A DNA stretch of 64,000 nucleotides. Source: Eledone cirrhosa (Eukaryota). Shown piece after piece: positions 56,257-64,000 of the stretch (its first letter is position 1; the number at the start of each line of letters is the position of its first letter). The notes beneath the pieces are model-generated. The model was not told the DNA's origin and did not search any database. It was given only the letters and a program-made list of their open reading frames with translations. Position numbers and translations under genes: made by a program. The stretch is taken from the NCBI GenBank assembly GCA_964016885.1, contig OZ024763.1, forward strand, positions 18,414,001 through 18,478,000, in the 5' to 3' direction.

Positions 56257-56465
56257 ATATTTATTAAAATAACAGATTAAAGTTTAAGCAAAGAATCGCT
56301 GCTTTCACCCTTAACGGGATCTTCTGAAACTAACAAAGTCGATCTGTAAACGCAGAACTGGATATTTCAAAAAACGTTGCAACCGTTGTTAGTTTCAGAA
56401 GATCCCGTTAAGGGTGAAAGCAGCGATTCTTTGCTTAAACTTTAATCTGTTATTTTAATAAATAT
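56257..56465. repeat. Fold-back element with 80-bp arms
   Basis: Arms 56257-56336 and 56386-56465; contains CAGAAGA-tccc-gttaa-gggt-GAAA. Confidence 0.85.
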
Positions 56466-57710
56466 TTGCTCTACGGTTCTTATATATTTGATATATATTT
56501 ATCCTTATCGAGCCCTCTTTGGATTTTAGTCTTCAAATTTATTATTATTACTATATATATATATATATATATCATTGACATCATTGTTTAACGTCCATCT
56601 TCCACGCTAACATGGGTCAGACGGTTTTGTTCCATTTGATGCGGGAATGGTCAGGAGACCACGTCTCACTCGCGCGGAAGCATTTCTGGCAGGTTTTTTT
56701 TTACAGCTGGATGCCATTCCTAACACCAACCACATTTGCAGTGTGGACTGGGAGCTTTTTCACCGTGTCTCCTACACGGCCACCTTACAGTGTGGACTGT
56801 TGTGTCATCGACACAGTGGACAGAACGGGAGAGGGAGGCTGGGGTAGGTGGTGGTGGTGGTAGGGTGTACATTGAGTTAAGAGGTTATTGGTGCTCTGAA
56901 ATAGCGATGAATGTATGTATAGTATATTTGGCAATTACTGTATGTCTAATTAAAAACATTTTGAAGACCATTCCCTATGAGTTTTAAAGTAGTGACTATG
57001 TCACTTACTTATTCTTGGCAAAAGCAAAGAAGAGTAATCGACAGTCCTGTTTTTCGCTCATTAGCATTTATCAAGACCACTCGCTCCTTCACCTCTGCCG
57101 AGAGTTATAGAAGTTGGTTTCTTATAAAATTCCAGTAATATTTAAGAGCTGATTAAACATATATATATATTTGATTAAACATATCATCACCACCGTTTTA
57201 CGTCCGTTCTTCCACGCTAGCATGGGTTAGAAGGGTTGTCCTGTTGTAGGCAGTGTCCGGTCGGCTGGCCTTGTCTTGCTTATATGGGAACTAACATGTA
57301 TATATATATATATACATATATATATATACATATAGAATCGTATAGGTGTCACAACAGGACAACCCGTCTAACCCATGCTAGCGTGGAAGAACGGACGTAA
57401 AACGGTGATGATGATGATGAACCAAAGTTATGTTGGTGCCACAACATCCAGGCCGAAACAAATGAGGTTGTGTAGGTGTCACGACAAAAAAAAACACACA
57501 GTTCACGCTGTAATGTGGCCGTGTAGGTAACACAGTAAAAACCTCCCAGTCCCACACTGTAAATATGGTTGGTGTTAGGAAGGGCATCCAACTGTAGAAA
57601 ACCTGCCAGACAGTTCTATGCGAGCAAGACAATCACTCTTGCCTCAAGTGGGAAAACCCCCGTCCAAACCCATGCAAGCATGGAACACGGACGTTAAACG
57701 TTGATGATGA

Positions 57711-57759
<49 letters not shown>

Positions 57760-58168
57760 TGAAGGCGCATAGCTTAGTGGTTAGAATGTCGGGTGGGCTT
57801 ACAATCATGAGGTTGTGAGTTCACTTCTCAGACCAGACTCCGCGTTGTGTTCTTGAGCAAGACACTTTATTTCATGTTGCTTCAGTTTACTCAGCTGTAG
57901 AAATGAGTTGCTGGTGCCAAGCTGTATTGGCCATTGCCTTTCTCTTGGACAACGTCTGTGGAGAGGGGAGTCTGTTATGTATGGCTGACTGCTGGTCTTC
58001 CACAAAACAACCTTGCCTGGAGAGGAACTTTCTAGGTTAAAATCCCATGGTCATTAGTGACTGAAGGGTGTTTTTACCTTAGATGTCAACATGAATGGAC
58101 CTGTTATTTTCATCTAAAGACATTTTTTCCAATTCCACTCCGTCCCTCCCTCCAATATAATTTCTCAT

Positions 58169-58204
58169 TCTTCTGATGAAGGACTAGAATCCGAAATGTT
58201 AAGA
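58169..58204 (+). ncRNA. Minimal type I hammerhead ribozyme (predicted, probably decayed)
   Basis: tctt-CTGATGA-a-gga-ctagaa-tcc-GAAA-TG-TT-aaga. Stem III ATGT could be a CpG-decayed palindromic ACGT. Confidence 0.65.
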
Positions 58205-58292
58205 CCCTCTTCCTGCTATTTCAAGCATTAACCTAATATATTCCTTCCATATACTGTATACCAATTGTGTTGTTATTTCTGTTTACTCTTTG

Positions 58293-58323
<31 letters not shown>

Positions 58324-58361
58324 TTGTATTATATTTATTTGTCTTTTGTCTTCCTCTGTAG

Positions 58362-58466
58362 GTGTTGAAGAACTTAAACAGAAACTTGATGCCTTACAAC
58401 TTCTGTCTCATCACTTAAAAGCTGTGATATGGTTTGTTGAAGTTGGTTTTCTGCCTGAGAATGATG
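58362..58466 (+). CDS. AHCTF1: ELYS coding exon 18 (GVEELKQKL...VIWFVEVGFLPEND)
   Basis: ctgtag| ... |gttggt. Corresponds to ELYS VLWF..SGLLPE. Confidence 0.9.
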
Positions 58467-59152
58467 GTTGGTACTTTACTTTTCCTCACACACACACACA
58501 CACATATGTGTGTTCTACTTAGAGCCATTTTGTCTCCCTTGTCCTAGACCAGAGGTGGGAAACCTTTTCATGTTGAAAGGCCACATTAAGTTAACAAGAG
58601 TTAGTAGTGTTTATATTTACATAAACACATTACATTGTAATTTTATACAAAAAAGCCTTCGTTAACCTTTTACCATTTACATTACTCTATATTTAATATT
58701 GTATTTTCATGTTAAACACTTTACCTCACATAATTATTTCACGTTATATTGAATCTTTGAGATTTAATCGACTTTCTCCTCCCAAATTGCTGGCCTTGTG
58801 CCTATAGTACAGTGGTTCCCAAACTGGTGTATGTGGTCTCCTAGGGAACCAAGAAGGCTTAGCCAAATTTTCATGGTATTCTTGTGATTGAAGTTTTAAA
58901 TCTAGGAAGCAATTTTTTTTTATTGAACATGATAGCAGTTTTGGGCATTTTTATACTACTTATATTAAATTGTAGTAGAATTGTCATGCATTTCATAAAA
59001 GTTTGTCTTTGAAAAATTTTGGAAATGCTGCCATAACATGATAGGGGACTGTGAGGCATCCAGAAAATGGTAAGGGGATTGCTGAGAAAAAAATTTGAAA
59101 AAGTTTGGGAATCACTGATATAGTAGAAATCTTTATGGGCTGTCCCAATATA

Positions 59153-61612
59153 TTGGTAAACATCCACAAAATGATTAACCATTTTACCAACAACAATGCT
59201 GAGTACCTTTTTGATTTCCATGTGTCTAACACACGTGGGCATGCCAACAAAGTCAGAAAACAGCACAGCTCCCATGACTTTCAGAAACGTTTTTTCACGT
59301 TCATTGTTGCTGAAGCATGGAACAAACTACCTGCATCAGTTGTTAGCTGTTGAGACACTGCATCCTTTAAAACCTCCATGGAACAAACTACCTGCATCAG
59401 TTGTTAGCTGTTGAGACACTGCATCCTTGAAAACCTCCATGAAACAAACTACCTGCATCAGTTGTTTGCTGTCGAGACACTGCATCCTTTAAAACCTCCA
59501 TGAAACAAACTACCTGTATCAGTTGTTAGCTGTTGAGACACTGCATCCTTTAAAACCTCCATGAAACAAACTACCTGCATCAGTTGTTTGCTGTCGAGAC
59601 ACTGCATCCTTTAAAACCTCCATGGAACAAACTACCTGCATCAGTTGTTAGCTGTTGAGACACTGCATCCTTTAAAACCTCCATGAAACAAACTACCTGC
59701 ATCAGTTATTAGCTGTCGAGACACTGCATCCTTTAAAAACCTCCATAGAACAAACTACCTGCATCAGTTGTTAGCTGTCGAGACACTGCATCCTTTAAAA
59801 CCTCCATAGAACAAACTACCTGCATCAGTTGTTAGCTGTCGAGACACTGCATCCTTTAAAACCTCCATAGAACAAACTACCTGCATCAGTTGTTAGCTGT
59901 CGAGACACTGCATCCTTTAAAACCTCCATAGAACAAACTACCTGCATCAGTTGTTAGCTGTCGAGACACTGCATCCTTTAAAACCTCCATAGAACAAACT
60001 ACCTGCATCAGTTGTTAGCTGTCGAGACACTGCATCCTTTAAAACCTCCATGGAACAAACTACCTGCATCAGTTGTTAGCTGTCAGGACACTGCATCCTT
60101 TAAAACCTCCATGGAACAAACTACCAGCATCAGTTGTTAGCTGTCGAGACACTGCATCCTTTAAAACCTCCATGGAACAAACTACCTGCATCAGTTATTA
60201 GCTGTCGAGACACTGCATCCTTTAAAACCTCCATAGAACAAACTACCTGCATCAGTTGTTAGCTGTCGAGACACTGCATCCTTTAAAACCTCCATGGAAC
60301 AAACTACCTGCATCAGTTATTAGCTGTCGAGACACTGCATCCTTTAAAACCTCCATAGAACAAACTACCTGCATCAGTTGTTAGCTGTCGAGACACTGCA
60401 TCCTTTAAAACCTCCATGGAACAAACTACCTGCATCAGTTATTAGCTGTCGAGACACTGCATCCTTTAAAACCTCCATAGAACAAACTACCTGCATCAGT
60501 TGTTAGCTGTCAAGACACTGCATCCTTTAAAACCTCCATAGAACAAACTACCTGCATCAGTTGTTAGCTGTCGAGACACTGCATCCTTTAAAACCTCCAT
60601 GGAACAAACTACCTGCATCAGTTATTAGCTGTCGAGACACTGCATCCTTTAAAACCTCCATGGAACAAACTACCTGCATCAGTTGTTAGCTGTCGAGACA
60701 CTGCATCCTTTAAAACCTCCATAGAACAAACTACCTGCATCAGTTGTTAGCTGTCGAGACACTGCATCCTTTAAAACCTCCATAGAACAAACTACCTGCA
60801 TCAGTTGTTAGCTGTCAAGACACTGCATCCTTTAAAACCTCCATGGAACAAACTACCAGCATCAGTTGTTAGCTGTCGAGACACTGCATCCTTTAAAACC
60901 TCCATGGAACAAACTACCTGCATCAGTTATTAGCTGTCGAGACACTGCATCCTTTAAAACCTCCATGGAGCAAACTACCTGCACCAGTTGTTAGCTGTCG
61001 AGACACTGCATCCTTTAAAACCTCCATAGAACAAACTACCTGCACCAGTTGTTAGCTGTCGAGACACTGCATCCTTTAAAACCTCCATAGAACAAACTAC
61101 CTGCATCAGTTGTTAGCTGTCGAGACACTGCATCCTTTAAAACCTCCATAGAACAAACTACCTGCATCAGTTGTTAGCTGTCGAGACACTGCATCCTTTA
61201 AAACCTCCATAGAACAAACTACCTGCATCAGTTGTTAGCTGTCGAGACACTGCATCCTTTAAAACCTCCATAGAACAAACTACCTGCATCAGTTATTAGC
61301 TGTCGAGACACTGCATCCTTTAAAACCTCCATGGAACAAACTACCTGCATCAGTTGTTAGCTGTCGAGACACTGCATCCTTTAAAACCTCCATGGAACAA
61401 ACTACCTGCATCAGTTGTTAGCTGTCGAGACACTGCATTCCTGAGATTCGCTAACATTACACCTGATGCCCCCTCCATACACACGCACACATGTATATCA
61501 TGACTCGTACATTATTCACTTCCCTGACATTTGTATATTATTCTATGTACTATGCATGCGCCTTTGATGAGTTGTAGTGCACCTGAGCACTGTACACAAT
61601 AATTTCATTATT
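59153..61612 (+). mobile_element. CR1 3' end containing a 61-bp satellite (59316-61438, about 35 copies)
   Basis: Flanks match the CR1 at 50300-50730. Unit catggaacaaactacctgcatcagttgttagctgtcgagacactgcatcctttaaaacctc. Confidence 0.93.
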
Positions 61613-61741
61613 TCATATTTCATAAACTGGTTCAATATGATTCCCCCCCCCCCCCTCCCCCCCTAAAAAAACTATTTATATCTGGCCCTGTGCTATAATT
61701 AGAAACCATTATTATTGTTTTTATTGTTGTTGTTGTTTCAG

Positions 61742-61838
61742 AATTAGCCAGTGATGTGCCCGGTCTACATCAATACCCATATACAAACCTTGTTGAAGTG
61801 TTTTCAAAACGTCGCAATGAGATGAAACAGTTAAACAG
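61742..61838 (+). CDS. AHCTF1: ELYS coding exon 19 (ELASDVPG..YPY...FSKRRNEM)
   Basis: tttcag| ... |gtagga; phase 1 to 2. Confidence 0.88.
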
Positions 61839-61904
61839 GTAGGAGGAAATTGTTCTGTTGCTTCTCTGGTATCGGTTGTTGAATTAGGCATGAGAATATC
61901 ATTT

Positions 61905-62254
61905 CATCATCATCATCATCATCATCATCATTTTACGTCCGCTTTTTCCCTGCTTGCAAGGGTGGGACGGGAACTGATTCTGGGTTGATTTCTACAGCTG
62001 GATGCCCTTCCTAACACCAACCTCATTTACGGTGAGTGCTGGGTGCTTTTTTGCCGTGGCACTTCCACGACCACTTTGCAGTGGAATGATATGGACCCCA
62101 GTCCCTATCATCTCATTTCTACAGCTGAGTAAACTGGAACAATGTGAAATAAAGTGTCTTGCTCAAGGAAACAACACATCACCCGGTCTGAGAATTGAAC
62201 TCGCAACCTTTCGATTGCAAGGCCAATGCTCTAACCACTAAGCCATGTGCCTCC
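61905..62254 (-). mobile_element. CORE-type SINE
   Basis: Reverse complement of the 5835 family. Confidence 0.88.
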
Positions 62255-62894
62255 ATTATATATCAACAATATACATCAACAAAAATACATCCATGAGCTT
62301 GGCTGGCTTGGAAAGAATCACTGAACAGGTTTTATGGGCAAAACCAACTGGCAGGAGACCCAGGGGATGACCCCAAGCAAGATAGTTGGATAACATCCAT
62401 GAGCTTGGCTGGTCTCGCTTGGGGATCCAGCTGAATTAGTTAGAGATGGTTGCTTCTGACAGGACCTGCTGGAAGGAATGTTTGAGGACTCTGCACTCAT
62501 GACCCTCTCAGTAATAAGTGGGCGAAGAAGAAGGGTTTTGTTAATTCAAATGTTTATAGTATCTTTACTAGTGGACATTGTTGTGAGTATTTGTGATAGA
62601 GCAAAGACTTTAGGGAGACCCACGGATTGACCCCAAGCAAGATGGTTGGATAACATCCATGAGCTTGGCTAGTCTCGCTTGGGAATCCAGCCATATCAGT
62701 TGGCGGTTTGGGCTGGGTTGGTTATCAAAAGGGTTAAACCATGAATACCTATTTAACCCTTGAGTTGGACAGACTCTTGACGTTTGTGTTTAGGGCAATA
62801 TAACCTTCCTGATACTGGTGACATGATAAAATACACCCAGTCATTATTTGACTATTTTTTGTAGTAAAAAAAAATGACGGTGAAGTTACTATCA

Positions 62895-63325
62895 TATATA
62901 TACTTGGATATTGATGGAAGCTACAGAGTGGGTAGACCAAGAAAAATCTGGGACGAGGTGATAAAAACTGACCTTGCTCACATACACCTCTCTAAGACAA
63001 TGTCACTGGATCAAGATCTCTGGCACCATACAGTTGTACAGAAGACCCACCTTCTCTTGCATACAAACCTACAGTCAGTAGGCACCGCTTAACCCAATAT
63101 CCACCCCACACCCTACCTCCATCCCATTTCCATCCACTGTGTCGGTGACACAACAAAAAGCACTCAGTTCGCACCCTAAAGTGGTCGTGTAGGAGACACG
63201 GTAAAAAGGCTCCCAGTCCACACTGTAAAGTGGTCATGTAGGTAACCTCAGTAAAAAGGCTCCCAGTCCACACTGTAAATGTGGTTGATGTTAGGCAGGG
63301 CATCCAGCCGTCGAAAACCTGCCAG
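62895..63325 (+). mobile_element. RTE LINE 3' fragment
   Basis: IDGSYRVGRPRKIWDEVI..DL.H.HL.KTMSLD matches the end of the 44160 element. Confidence 0.85.
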
Positions 63326-63381
63326 AGACACTTTCACTGTAAACACACTATTTCACATAATATTGAATCTACGAAATTTAA

Positions 63382-63562
63382 CGCCACAGAAATCAGGATA
63401 AACACTGACCTGATGTGCCCCCTGGTCCCGAGATAGACTAACCCACTGATGGATTTGCGTCCTGTCCAGGGGGCCGTCTTGTACTCTCAGTCACTTCACG
63501 CCACAGAAACTGGGATAAACACCAACCTGATGATCCTCCTGGGCTCGAGACAGACTTTAGAC
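63382..63562 (+). mobile_element. Possible V-domain SINE 3' fragment
   Basis: gatggatttgcgtcctgtccagggg and gaaactgggataa...cctgatg...cagacttta resemble V-type SINE body and tail sequences as I recall them. Confidence 0.45.
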
Positions 63563-63804
63563 CTATTTTTTAACCCTGTATCGTATTTTCACAGTAAAGG
63601 CTTTATCTTACATAATTATCTCACATAATATTGAATCTATGAGATTTTGATATATTTTTTGAGAACAATACCTTAACATAAGTATGAGTAGCCAGTTATG
63701 TCCGGTTTGAACAGAAAGAGGCAAAAGAATTCTGGCCGGATATGGCTGGTTTAAATGCTAAAGTGTTAAATGATGATGATGATGATTGTATTTGTATGTT
63801 TCAG

Positions 63805-63925
63805 TGATATAAAACCTAACGAGCTGTTAATGATAGACGGCTTAATTGCTAACATGGCGCCATCTGTATGTGATGTCTGGAAACAAGATGGGGGAAATGA
63901 AATGTACCCACCACCAAGTATAAAT
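63805..63925 (+). CDS. AHCTF1: ELYS coding exon 20 (...LLMIDGLI...WKQDGG..MYPPPSIN)
   Basis: tttcag| ... |gtaagt; LMIDGL and YPP.S motifs. Confidence 0.94.
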
Positions 63926-64000
63926 GTAAGTCAGGCTGACCTTATAATTTTACTTTTGGTTCACTCTGTATATACATGCACACATATGTTCACACACACA

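Noticed and set aside
59316-61438. CRISPR-like array (also considered for the 47-bp and 106-bp arrays)
   Set aside because: No unique spacers, units are contiguous, the context is eukaryotic and there are no cas genes.
63520-63560. CTGATGA-tcc...gagac as a hammerhead
   Set aside because: No GAAA or stem I; better explained as a SINE tail.

Overview
Eukaryotic, very repeat-rich DNA. The SINE families, RTE LINEs and huge (TA)n tracts resemble a coleoid cephalopod (Octopus-like); this is an inference. The one host gene I can support is the nucleoporin ELYS/AHCTF1 on the + strand. I traced 20 coding exons by hand from ATG 9177 to 63925, all GT-AG and phase-consistent, giving 785 codons; the gene continues past the window. 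The introns contain RTE LINEs (one near full length, with a PHD-like finger after the RT), CR1 fragments, tRNA-derived CORE-type and Nin/Deu-type SINEs, piggyBac-, Tc1- and pogo-like MITEs, multi-kb (TA/TG)n tracts, and satellites, two of which derive from LINE 3' ends (47 bp and 61 bp units). The main hidden signal is a set of short, non-coding elements, mostly next to (TA)n and often fold-back, that carry type I hammerhead ribozyme folds. Five loci are well formed and several more are degenerate, and they come from unrelated sequence families. They fit Penelope-like pLTRs or retrozyme-like elements. No Penelope ORF is in the window. Most long ORFs in the supplied track are microsatellite or satellite artefacts.
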